Shown here in pieces: positions 26,860 through 35,386 of a stretch of 64,000 nucleotides of DNA (the first letter of the stretch is position 1; the number at the start of each line of letters is the position of its first letter). The translations under genes and the position numbers were made by a program. The DNA is from an uncultured bacterium (lineage in GTDB: Bacteria > Bacillota > Clostridia > Oscillospirales > CAG-272). Below the pieces are notes generated by a model. The model was not told the DNA's origin. It was given only the letters and a program-made list of their open reading frames with translations, and ran no database searches. The stretch lies in assembly GCA_949282345.1 (NCBI GenBank), contig CASDOQ010000048.1, positions 17,309-81,308 on the forward strand, in the 5' to 3' direction.

Positions 26860-29232
26860 GTGAAGTATCTGGAAGAGGAAGATCAGATCGCTCTCAAAAC
26901 GCAGGAGGCGATCTCCTTTTCGCTTTTACGGTATACCGGCTTCGGCGCGGAGGAGGCATATCCCTGCCGCCGGCTGAACGCGGCCGAGCGCCGGAGCCTC
27001 GGTCTCGGAGAGGGCGTTCTTCTTGAACGGAGCTTTGAAGAAGGGGAACACCGCTTCGTTATGACCGGGGAAGCGGACGGATGCGAGACCGAAGGACGCA
27101 CGGTCGTGCTACGCGTCTTTTTTGCAGTCGATGCCGACCCGGAAGCCCCGGGAGAAAAGACCCTGAAGGTCTGTCGGGGGGAAGCCTATCTGCTTGCGGC
27201 GATGGCGGCAAGGCGCGGCTTTTCCAACCGTTTGGAGATCAACCTGTACGAGCCTTCGACCGGCCGCCTGTCCCGGAGGACCGAAACGCCGACCGCCCAT
27301 GCGCTCGATCGCTTTTTCGCCCGGTCGGCCGCGGCGGTGGCACTCTATGCGGCCCCCGAGATCAGACGCGTCCGCGTCCGTCTCCCCGCGATGCGGCGTC
27401 TGGCCTTCCCGTATCCCGACGTGCGGGAAGGGCAGGAGGAACTCATGAAGGCCGTTTACCATGCGCTCTCCGCCGGCGGACGGCTCTACGCCTGCGCCCC
27501 GACGGGGACAGGGAAAACGGTTTCCACGCTCTATCCCGCCCTGCGCGCCATGGGGCAGGGGAAATGCGAAAAGGTTTTCTATCTGACGGGAAAGGCGACT
27601 GGGGCGCGGATGGCGGCCGACACGGCGGCGCTTCTCGGCCGCACGGGGGCTTTGCGGGCGATCCTGTTGGCTTCCAAGGAGCGGCTCTGTCCGGAACACG
27701 GGATCCCCTGCCGGAACGGCGGGATCTGTCCGCTTCGTAAGACCCCGGAGGGGAGACTGGAAGAGGCCGCCCTCGATCTGTGCGCACAGGCCGGTCCGGT
27801 CGTGACTCCGGAAAAGATCGCCCGGGCGGCGGCAGAGCGGCGGGTCTGTCCGCATGAACTTTCGTTGCGCGTCAGTTTCTTCTGCGATCTCGTCATCTGT
27901 GACTATAACTATCTTTTTGACCCCGTTGTGCGTCTTGAGCGCTATTTTTCCCTGCCGGGAAAATGGGGATTCCTGATCGACGAGGCGCATAACCTGGCCG
28001 ACCGGGTGCGCGATATGTACAGCGAGGAACTGACCGACGCGGAACTTTCCGCTCAGGCCGCGCTTCTCCCGCCGCCGACCGACCGCCCCGACGCCTATGC
28101 CGCCGCGCTTGCCGAGACGGCTGCGTATTTTTCCGCGGTGCTCGGGCCATTGGCGGGGGAAGAAAAGAGCCGGGCGGACGGAGAAGGGGGGAGCATCCGC
28201 CGCACGTTGCCGGAGGAGCTCCCGGAGTACCTGACGCGTCTTTATACGGCCGCCGAGCGACGTGCCCGACTCAAGGACGAACGCTTACCACAGGGATCCC
28301 GCGTGCAGATCCGCATATTTTCCTATAAATTGAAAACGATACTTTACATTCTTTCCTGCTACGACCCGGGCTTTCGTCTGCTGGTCGGTAAGCGAAAAAA
28401 AGGCGTATTCTTCCGCACGCTCTGTCCCGATCCTTCTGGGATCATCGCCCGTGCCCTTTCGTTCGGCCGGGGGGCCGTCCTTTTTTCCGCGACGCTCTTG
28501 CCGCTCCCGTTCTACCGCGATCTGTTGGGCGGGGATGCATCCTCCCGGATGCTGGAACTGCCTTCTCCTTTTGAACGCGACAACCTTGCCATTGCCGTCA
28601 TGGATAAACTCAGTACCCGCTATGCCGACCGCGAGGAGAGCCTTTCGGCGGTTCTCTCGGCCATCCGCACGACCGTCACGGCGCGCCCCGGGAACTATAT
28701 GGTCTTTTGCCCGTCTTTTGCGTATCTCGATGCGCTGGCACCTCTGCTCCCGTCCCTCTGCCCGGGGATGAAAATCCTGCGGCAGGAACGGCGGATGGAT
28801 GCCGAGGCACGCACCGCTTTTTTGCGCGAGTTCCGCGAGGATAGTACGGTGTTGGGACTTTGCGTTCTCGGCGGCATCTACGGGGAAGGGGTCGACCTTT
28901 CGGGGCGCCGTCTGATCGGCGCGGTGGTCATCGGGGTCGGTCTGCCGGGCCCCGACCTGCTCCGCGAGGAGACCGCCCGCTACTTTTCCGAAAAGAGCGA
29001 GAACGGCATGGAATATGCCTATATCTATCCTGGTATGAACCGGGTCTTGCAGGCCGCCGGCCGGGTCATCCGATCGGAGGAGGATCGGGGCGTGGTCGTT
29101 CTGATCGACGATCGCTTTGCCACGCCGGTCTACCGCGGGATCTTCCCGGCGCATTGGCGCGGCTTGACTTACGTAGGAGACGAACGCTCGCTCCGTGAAT
29201 ATCTCCGCCGTTTCTGGAACGGGGACAGGTAA
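26860..29232 (+). CDS. DinG/XPD-like (DEAD_2 / Helicase_C_2) ATP-dependent DNA helicase with an unassigned N-terminal domain of about 180 aa
   Basis: Walker A CAPTGTGKT, DEAH box (IDEAHN) and C-terminal helicase motifs. The GTG start follows AAGGAGG and lies downstream of the mapped promoter. Confidence 0.8.
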   Translation: MKYLEEEDQIALKTQEAISFSLLRYTGFGAEEAYPCRRLNAAERRSLGLGEGVLLERSFEEGEHRFVMTGEADGCETEGRTVVLRVFFAVDADPEAPGEKTLKVCRGEAYLLAAMAARRGFSNRLEINLYEPSTGRLSRRTETPTAHALDRFFARSAAAVALYAAPEIRRVRVRLPAMRRLAFPYPDVREGQEELMKAVYHALSAGGRLYACAPTGTGKTVSTLYPALRAMGQGKCEKVFYLTGKATGARMAADTAALLGRTGALRAILLASKERLCPEHGIPCRNGGICPLRKTPEGRLEEAALDLCAQAGPVVTPEKIARAAAERRVCPHELSLRVSFFCDLVICDYNYLFDPVVRLERYFSLPGKWGFLIDEAHNLADRVRDMYSEELTDAELSAQAALLPPPTDRPDAYAAALAETAAYFSAVLGPLAGEEKSRADGEGGSIRRTLPEELPEYLTRLYTAAERRARLKDERLPQGSRVQIRIFSYKLKTILYILSCYDPGFRLLVGKRKKGVFFRTLCPDPSGIIARALSFGRGAVLFSATLLPLPFYRDLLGGDASSRMLELPSPFERDNLAIAVMDKLSTRYADREESLSAVLSAIRTTVTARPGNYMVFCPSFAYLDALAPLLPSLCPGMKILRQERRMDAEARTAFLREFREDSTVLGLCVLGGIYGEGVDLSGRRLIGAVVIGVGLPGPDLLREETARYFSEKSENGMEYAYIYPGMNRVLQAAGRVIRSEEDRGVVVLIDDRFATPVYRGIFPAHWRGLTYVGDERSLREYLRRFWNGDR

Positions 29233-29391
29233 TACCGAATACCTGCCTCCGTTTTTTCTTTCGGGGCGGGCGAATGCGTTTTGCGCGCTTTTTCGGTGGA
29301 ATTTTTGCAGGGTGAAAGCCCGAGCGATCGGCGGGATTCTTGCCGGCGCCTGCCGCTTTTTTGGCGCGAAGCCGCGCCTGATGCCTTTTTC

Positions 29392-29430
29392 GTTCTTCCC
29401 GCAGGTTCTTCCCGCAGGTTCTTCCCGCAG
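29392..29430. repeat. Three perfect tandem copies of the 13-mer GTTCTTCCCGCAG
   Basis: Read directly from the sequence. The array ends 11 nt before the -35 box of the dut promoter. Confidence 0.95.
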
Positions 29431-29441
29431 AGAAAATCTTC

Positions 29442-29470
29442 TTGCAAAAGCTACGCGACTGTGTTACAAT
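29442..29470 (+). promoter_or_regulatory. sigma-A-like promoter of dut
   Basis: TTGCAA, 17-nt spacer, TACAAT. Confidence 0.65.
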
Positions 29471-29530
29471 AAATAAAAAGGCAGGCGATCGCAGGGCGGT
29501 TGCGAAAAAAGAAAAAAGCAGGGGAAAAGC

Positions 29531-29974
29531 ATGAAAGAAAAGATTCTGATACGAAAACTGGACAGCCGGGCGGTTTTGCCGACCTACGGCAGTGAAGCGG
29601 CCGCCGGAGCCGATCTCTATGCGCTGCTGGATGCTCCCCTGACGTTTGCCCCCGGGGAGACCCGACTGATCCGCACCGGGCTTGCCATCGCGCTTCCGGC
29701 GGGGACGGTGGGGCTGATCTGCGCCCGGAGCGGACTTGCCACCAAGCGCGGGCTTGCCCCGGCCAACAAAGTCGGCGTGATCGATGCCGATTACCGCGGC
29801 GAACTCCTTGTCTCTTTACATAACCATGCGGCGGTTCCTGCCGTCATTGAGCCGGGGGAACGGATCGCCCAACTGCTGATCCTTCCCTGTCTTACGGCGG
29901 ATTTTTTGCCGGTGGAGGCCTTGGACGATACGGCGCGGGGGGTCGGGGGATTTGGCTCCACGGGGAGAAACTGA
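29531..29974 (+). CDS. dut: dUTP diphosphatase
   Basis: 147 aa with trimeric dUTPase motifs (GVIDADYRGE, GGFGSTG). Confidence 0.92.
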   Translation: MKEKILIRKLDSRAVLPTYGSEAAAGADLYALLDAPLTFAPGETRLIRTGLAIALPAGTVGLICARSGLATKRGLAPANKVGVIDADYRGELLVSLHNHAAVPAVIEPGERIAQLLILPCLTADFLPVEALDDTARGVGGFGSTGRN

Positions 29975-30702
29975 TGAAAACGCCGCGCACGGACGGATTT
30001 ATCGACTTTCACACGCATATTTTGCCGGGACTTGACCATGGCTCTTCGGACGTCGGTACCTCCTTGCGGCAGATGCGCCTCCTTTCCGAAGCGGGGGTCG
30101 CCGCCGTGGTTTCGACCTCTCATTTTTATGCGCAGATCTTTTCTTCGGTGCAGGATTTTCTTTCCCGGCGCGAAGCCTCGCTTGGCGCTCTGCGTGCGGC
30201 ATGGCCGGAGGGAGAGACGCATCCTCCCCTGTATCTCGGGGCGGAAGTACTGGTCTTTCCGGGAATTGAAAATCTGCCGGGGTTGGAATCGCTTTGCATC
30301 GGAGGAAGCCGCGTGCTCCTTCTCGAAATGCCCTACACCCCTTTTACCTACGAGGTGTTGGATACGGTCGATGCCATCATCCGGCGGGGATTCGTTCCGC
30401 TTTTTGCGCATATAGACCGATACGGCCCGGAACAGCTTTCCTGTTTCTTTGATTTTGAAGAAGCACTCTTTCAACTGAACCCGGAAGCTTTGCTTTCGTT
30501 CGGCCGCCGTCGTTTTTTTCGCTCGATGGCCGAACGCGGGGAGATTGCCGCCCTCGGGAGCGATCTGCACGGCGTTCCCCGCGGAGGCTACCGGGCGGTC
30601 GAACGCGCGCTCTCCCGGCTCGGCCGGGCGGCGGAAACGATCCGTGCGCTTTCTGCCCGGTTGCTGGAAGAGGCATATCCCGCCTGGGAGCGGGAGGAGT
30701 AA
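29974..30702 (+). CDS. PHP-type protein-tyrosine phosphatase (CpsB/YwqE family)
   Basis: IDFHTHILPGLDHGS N-terminus and LGSDLH near the C-terminus. Confidence 0.8.
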   Translation: MKTPRTDGFIDFHTHILPGLDHGSSDVGTSLRQMRLLSEAGVAAVVSTSHFYAQIFSSVQDFLSRREASLGALRAAWPEGETHPPLYLGAEVLVFPGIENLPGLESLCIGGSRVLLLEMPYTPFTYEVLDTVDAIIRRGFVPLFAHIDRYGPEQLSCFFDFEEALFQLNPEALLSFGRRRFFRSMAERGEIAALGSDLHGVPRGGYRAVERALSRLGRAAETIRALSARLLEEAYPAWEREE

Positions 30703-30889
30703 CACCCTTTGAAATTTCTCCGGGTGCAGAGGAAGGGCAAGCGGGCGCTCCTCGGAAACCGGAATAACTGCAAAATCGTAAGGAAACAGGATCGGGAAAA
30801 CAGATCGCATCTGATTTGACAATGCACAGGCAAGATCGTCCGCAAATAAAAATATTGACTTGCTTTTCTACAAGGTATCAAAATTACAG

Positions 30890-31125
30890 TAACAGAATAT
30901 GCGTCCGATCGAGACGGTTGCCTGATAGTCAACTTTAAAGCAACCGGCGCAGATCATGATGCGGACATAGATAGAACAATTCTAATACCTGGTATAAACC
31001 CACCAAGCACTTAAACCGAATATCGACATCGTATCCGGGCGCACGCGGAGAATATATCGGCGGTTAAGTCGCCCGGAGAAACCCGAACCGCCCCCTTTCC
31101 AAGGGGGCGGTTCGGGTTTTGTTTT
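30890..31125 (+). ncRNA. candidate stand-alone small RNA or orphan structured leader (unidentified class)
   Basis: AT-rich island with TTGACT at 30855-30860 and a weak -10. Internal hairpins include GGTTGC/GCAACC and CCGGGCG/CGCCCGG. The unit ends at a 15-bp GC-rich terminator followed by TTTTGTTTT. No plus-strand gene lies downstream. Confidence 0.3.
31081..31125 (+). terminator. strong Rho-independent terminator, also usable by the convergent Na/Pi gene
   Basis: ACCCGAACCGCCCCC / GGGGGCGGTTCGGGT followed by ttttgtttt. Confidence 0.8.
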
Positions 31126-31130
31126 GCCGC

Positions 31131-31190
31131 TTTTCAGAACGGAATCAACATTTTCAGAACGGAATCAACGTTTTCAGGGCAGAATAGACA
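31131..31190. repeat. 20-bp tandem repeat: two near-identical copies plus one degenerate copy
   Basis: TTTTCAGAACGGAATCAACA / TTTTCAGAACGGAATCAACG / TTTTCAGGGCAGAATAGACA. Confidence 0.9.
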
Positions 31191-31271
31191 GAAAGCGGCT
31201 ATGGATTTCGGAATTTTTCCCGCACGCGCCCGCTTTCCCTACGGGAGGATCCTCCCCTAAGGGGGGCGGTC

Positions 31272-32909
31272 TTACCGCGCGCCGGCAGGGCTTTTGACCG
31301 TGTAGGCGATATAGGTCAGGTGGTCGCCGAGACGCTCCAGGTTGGAGACGAGATTGATGAAGATGCTGCTGCATTCGGGTTTGCATTCCCCGTTGTTCAG
31401 CCGCTTCACGTGGTTGTCGATGAGGTTTTTCCGATAGGCGTCAATATCGTTCTCCGCGCCGTCGATGATCGGCATCAGCGCAAGGTCATGGCTTTCAAGA
31501 AGCTGCACGGTGGCGGCGTACAGATCCTCCACACGGCCGACCATGGCGTTGATCTCTGCTTTCACGTGGTCGGAAAAGCTCAAATCATCGTCGATCGAGC
31601 GCTGGGTGTATTTGGTGAAATTGTCGGCGATCTCGGCAATACGCATGACGTCCCCGACGTTGCTCCGCAGATCCGAAATATGCTCTTCCTCCGGCAGGCT
31701 GCTTTGTGCCGAAAGACGGATCATATAATTCACGATGGCGCAACTGATGGTGTTGGCCTTTCCGATGAGTTTTTGCGTTTTCGGGATCAGTTCGCGGTCG
31801 CGGGTGATGAAGGAACGGTAACCCGCGCGGAAGGCATCCATGGCCACTTCGGAAAGGCGAACCGTCTCTTTTTCGATCTGCGAGATGGCCAAAGAGGCGG
31901 AAGAAAGCATACGATCGTCGAGAAACGTCGTTTCGGCCTCGCTTTCTTTTTCCGAAATGATGATTTTCGAGAGAGCGACGAAGAGATTGCAGAAGGGGAG
32001 AAAGAGAACGGTGGAAATCACGTTGAAGGCGGTATGGAACATAGCGATCTGCGTAGCCGGCTCGCTGAACCATTGCCGCAAGGTGGCGTCCATAAAGGAG
32101 GGCCACAGGAGAAACAGGATGAAGAAGATGAACGAACCGAAGAGGTTAAAGAGCAGATGGATCAGACTGGCGCGTTTGGCATTGGTCCCGGCCCCCAGCG
32201 AGGACATCAGCGCCGTGACGCAGGAGCCGACGTTGGTACCGAGGATGATGAAGAGAGTTTCGTTTCCGCCGGTACCGACGGTCAGCCCCGCCACGGACAT
32301 GGCGATGATGATCGAGGTGGTGGCCGAACTCGATTGTACCAGCGCGGTCAGCACGGCCCCGATGGTAAAGAGCAGGAAGGGATTTTGTACGACTTCAAAG
32401 ATCTTCTGAATGGCGTCGCGGTTTGTGCTCATCGATTCGGACATCAGGGAAAGACCGATGAAGATCAGCCCAAGACCGGCCAGGATCAGCCCGGTCCGCT
32501 TGACCGTTTCGCGCCGGCAGATCATGCTCATCATGACGCCGATAAAAACGAGTATCTGGATGTACGTGGTGAGCGGGAAGGCGCTGAGCGCGGCGATCTG
32601 TGCGGTAATGGTGGTACCGATGTTGGCGCCCATGATCATGGCGGTGGCCTGATACAGGTTCATGATGCCGACGTTGACGAAACCGACGATCAGCACAGTC
32701 GTCACGCCGGAACTTTGTATCAGGGCGGTGGTCGCCGCTCCGATGCCGACGTTGACAAGACGCTTGTCCGCCGTTTTTCCGAAGAGGGCTTTGATCTTCC
32801 CGGTGGCAAGCTGTTCAATGTTGGAGGTCAGCAGGTGAACGCCGATGAGGAATACGCCGGTTCCTGCCAGTACCTTGACGATAAAAAGTAAAATCTCGCT
32901 GAATGACAT
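31272..32909 (-). CDS. Na+/phosphate cotransporter family protein with a C-terminal PhoU-like domain
   Basis: 545 aa. The N-terminal half is polytopic with duplicated Na/Pi cotransporter repeats; the C-terminal half is a soluble helical PhoU-like region. Confidence 0.8.
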   Translation of the reverse strand: MSFSEILLFIVKVLAGTGVFLIGVHLLTSNIEQLATGKIKALFGKTADKRLVNVGIGAATTALIQSSGVTTVLIVGFVNVGIMNLYQATAMIMGANIGTTITAQIAALSAFPLTTYIQILVFIGVMMSMICRRETVKRTGLILAGLGLIFIGLSLMSESMSTNRDAIQKIFEVVQNPFLLFTIGAVLTALVQSSSATTSIIIAMSVAGLTVGTGGNETLFIILGTNVGSCVTALMSSLGAGTNAKRASLIHLLFNLFGSFIFFILFLLWPSFMDATLRQWFSEPATQIAMFHTAFNVISTVLFLPFCNLFVALSKIIISEKESEAETTFLDDRMLSSASLAISQIEKETVRLSEVAMDAFRAGYRSFITRDRELIPKTQKLIGKANTISCAIVNYMIRLSAQSSLPEEEHISDLRSNVGDVMRIAEIADNFTKYTQRSIDDDLSFSDHVKAEINAMVGRVEDLYAATVQLLESHDLALMPIIDGAENDIDAYRKNLIDNHVKRLNNGECKPECSSIFINLVSNLERLGDHLTYIAYTVKSPAGAR

Positions 32910-32920
32910 AATTTCTCCGT

Positions 32921-33634
32921 TCAGAATGCGGTGTCGGAGGCCATGCAGTATCCGACCCCTGGTTGGTTGGTAATATATTCCTCATTCTCCGGGCTTTTTC
33001 CGCATTTTTTGCGGATGTTGACCATATTGACCTGTAATTTTTTCGTGCTTCCTGAGTCTATCACGCCCCAGATGGCACGAATGATGGTGGTATAGGTCAG
33101 CACCTTTCCCGCGTGCTCAGAGAGCAGGGAGAGAATGTTGTATTCGGTTTGCGTGAGGCGGATATCCCGTCCGCCGACGGTGACGCGCCGTCTGCCGTAG
33201 TCGATCGACAGATCGTGCAGGGTAAAGCTGCCGCCCGGCAGCTCGTCCTCTTGGGCATTGCGCCGCCCCGACCGGAGCGAGGCGCGGACTCGCGCCATGA
33301 ATTCTCCGGGGTTGTATGGCTTGGTGACGTAATCGTTGGCGCCGAGGTCAAGCGCGCGGATCTTGTCGGCTTCCCCGGTGCGCGAGGAGAGCACGACGAT
33401 CGGCATGGCGGATTTCTTGCGGACGAAGCCGATCAGATCGTTCCCATCCGCATCGGGAAGGCCGAGATCCAGGATCAGCAGATCGGGCAGATGGGAGGAT
33501 AAGAGCATTTTCCCGAGGGTGGCGTTTTCGGCCTCCAGGACCTGATACCCGCTTGAAAGCAGCAGGGAAGAGACGCTCCCCCGTGTGACGGCATCGTCCT
33601 CGATGATCAGCACCTTATACTTGTTGTTGCTCAT
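32921..33634 (-). CDS. OmpR-family response regulator, KdpE-like, with no cognate kinase nearby
   Basis: Receiver motifs (DLLILDLGLPDADG, VLSSRTGEADKIRALDLGANDY) plus a winged-helix output domain. Ends 11 nt before the Na/Pi gene start. Confidence 0.85.
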   Translation of the reverse strand: MSNNKYKVLIIEDDAVTRGSVSSLLLSSGYQVLEAENATLGKMLLSSHLPDLLILDLGLPDADGNDLIGFVRKKSAMPIVVLSSRTGEADKIRALDLGANDYVTKPYNPGEFMARVRASLRSGRRNAQEDELPGGSFTLHDLSIDYGRRRVTVGGRDIRLTQTEYNILSLLSEHAGKVLTYTTIIRAIWGVIDSGSTKKLQVNMVNIRKKCGKSPENEEYITNQPGVGYCMASDTAF

Positions 33635-33863
33635 AGACCTCTCGGGGTTCAGCCGTCCGGGCTGAACGGCCGGGGCCCTGTGCCCCCGGTGCACACGTCG
33701 TGATCTTATCGGCGTTCGGCTTGCTTCGATCCTGCGGCAGGCCGCTCGCAATCAAATAAATGGTACGGCACTCCCGCCTGCCCTCAAAGACCGTAACGCG
33801 ACTTCGCGTGGACGGTTGCCGATCCGGCTCCTTGTAAGCAAACCGCCATTCTTTTCTATTATA
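33635..33863 (-). promoter_or_regulatory. extended -10 promoter (TGtTATAAT) plus a GC-rich structured 5' leader of about 220 nt for the regulator/Na-Pi operon
   Basis: The -10 box lies at 33858-33863 on the minus strand. The leader holds several stems: ACCGTCCACGCG..CGCGTTACGGT, GGCAGGC/GCCTGCC and GTTCAGCC/GGCTGAAC. Confidence 0.45.
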
Positions 33864-33916
33864 ACATAAAACAAGGTTAAGAAGTGGTTAAGATTTCGTC
33901 TTTCTTGCTTTTGCGC

Positions 33917-33945
33917 TTGAAAAAGCAGCGAGGATGTGCTACAAT
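33917..33945 (+). promoter_or_regulatory. sigma-A-like promoter of oadB
   Basis: TTGAAA, 17-nt spacer, TACAAT. Confidence 0.65.
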
Positions 33946-34094
33946 AATGCGGTACGCAACCGGCATCGTGCGGATCGGTCTACCGGGATCGGGCGACGAG
34001 CGGGTTTTCCTTACAGAGTATACCACGGTTGCGCCGACATAGCAAGAGGGTAGGCTCTCTTTTGTACACTTCTATCATTTTATACGGAGGATTT

Positions 34095-35201
34095 ATGGCA
34101 GAGTTATTCTCAAATGTGACCAATATCACCTGGCAACAGGCGGTAATGTGTCTCATCGGCGGACTCCTGATCTATCTGGCAATTAAAAAAGGAATGGAAC
34201 CGACGCTCTTACTCCCGCTCGGCTTCGGTGCGATCCTTGTGAACCTTCCGCTTTCCGGAGCGGTAGGCGAGGACGGCGTGCTGACCGTATTGTTTAATGC
34301 CGGTGTGGCGAACGAACTATTTCCGCATTTGCTCTTTGTCGGGATCGGCGCGATGATCGACTTTGAGCCGCTCCTCACCAATCCGAAGCTGATGATCTTC
34401 GGGGCGGCGGCCCAGTTCGGCATTTTCTTCACCCTCAGTATGGCGGCGCTCTTCGGTTTTGATCTCAAGGATGCCGCTTCGATCGGCATTATCGGCGCGG
34501 CGGACGGCCCGACTTCGATTTTTGTGGCAAACTATCTGAATTCCAAGTATCTTGGGGCCATCATGGTAGCGGCCTATTCGTATATGGCGCTCGTGCCGTT
34601 GGTACAGCCCCCGGTCATCCGCCTCCTGACCACCAAAAACGAACGGCGGATCCGGATGCGCTATCAGCAGCATAGCATTTCCAAAACCACCAAGATCCTT
34701 TTCCCGATCGTCATTACGGTGATCACGGGGCTTGTCTCCCCGCACAGCGTGGCGCTCGTCGGTTTCCTGATGTTCGGAAATCTGATCCGGGAGTGCGGCG
34801 TGCTCGATTCGCTTTCCGAAACGGCGCAAAAGGTGCTTTCCAACCTCGTGACGCTCTTCCTCGGGATCACGATTGCCGCTCGGATGAAAGCAGAGGATTT
34901 CCTGAGACCCGAAACGCTCCTGATCCTCGGGCTTGGCCTTGTCGCCTTCATCTTCGATACGGCGGGCGGCGTTCTGTTTGCCAAATTGATCAACCTCTTC
35001 CTGCCGAAAGACAAAAAGATCAATCCGATGATCGGCGCGGCCGGGATCTCGGCCTTCCCGATGTCGGCCCGGGTAGTGCATAAGATGGGATTGCAGGAAG
35101 ATCCCGAGAACTTTTTGCTGATGCAATCGATCGGCGTGAACGTTTCGGGGCAGATCGCCTCGGTGATCGCCGGCGGGTTGATCCTGAATCTGATAGGATG
35201 A
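34095..35201 (+). CDS. sodium-ion-translocating decarboxylase beta subunit (OadB/GcdB/MmdB family)
   Basis: 368 aa, polytopic, with family-typical segments (AILVNLP..., GAADGPT, AAGISAFPMSARV). ATG follows a GGAGG RBS. Confidence 0.85.
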   Translation: MAELFSNVTNITWQQAVMCLIGGLLIYLAIKKGMEPTLLLPLGFGAILVNLPLSGAVGEDGVLTVLFNAGVANELFPHLLFVGIGAMIDFEPLLTNPKLMIFGAAAQFGIFFTLSMAALFGFDLKDAASIGIIGAADGPTSIFVANYLNSKYLGAIMVAAYSYMALVPLVQPPVIRLLTTKNERRIRMRYQQHSISKTTKILFPIVITVITGLVSPHSVALVGFLMFGNLIRECGVLDSLSETAQKVLSNLVTLFLGITIAARMKAEDFLRPETLLILGLGLVAFIFDTAGGVLFAKLINLFLPKDKKINPMIGAAGISAFPMSARVVHKMGLQEDPENFLLMQSIGVNVSGQIASVIAGGLILNLIG

Positions 35202-35210
35202 GGTGACGGT

Positions 35211-35354
35211 ATGAATTTTGAGGCTTTTCTGAATACGCTCCCCATTATGGCAAAGGGGATGGCCGGGATCTTTATCGTGACGGGCGTGATCATTCTTTCC
35301 ATGGTTCTGCTCACCAAGCTGTCCGCCGCGATGCGGAACAACAAGGATAAATAA
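35211..35354 (+). CDS. OadG-like small membrane subunit (47 aa)
   Basis: Too short for the ORF track. ATG lies 9 nt after the oadB stop. Contains a single TM helix (GMAGIFIVTGVIILSMVLL), and a terminator follows. Confidence 0.6.
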   Translation: MNFEAFLNTLPIMAKGMAGIFIVTGVIILSMVLLTKLSAAMRNNKDK

Positions 35355-35386
35355 ACAGCTTTTTTTCGTAAACGGCTTCATAAAAA

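Noticed and set aside
30890-31125. Assigning the candidate sRNA to 6S, SRP (4.5S/scRNA), tmRNA, RNase P or a common riboswitch class.
   Set aside because: I could not find the conserved cores of these RNAs on either strand. Those checked include the SRP domain IV GGAAGCAGCC-type motif, the RNase P GAGGAAAGUCC motif, and the tmRNA tag and acceptor end. The class is left open.
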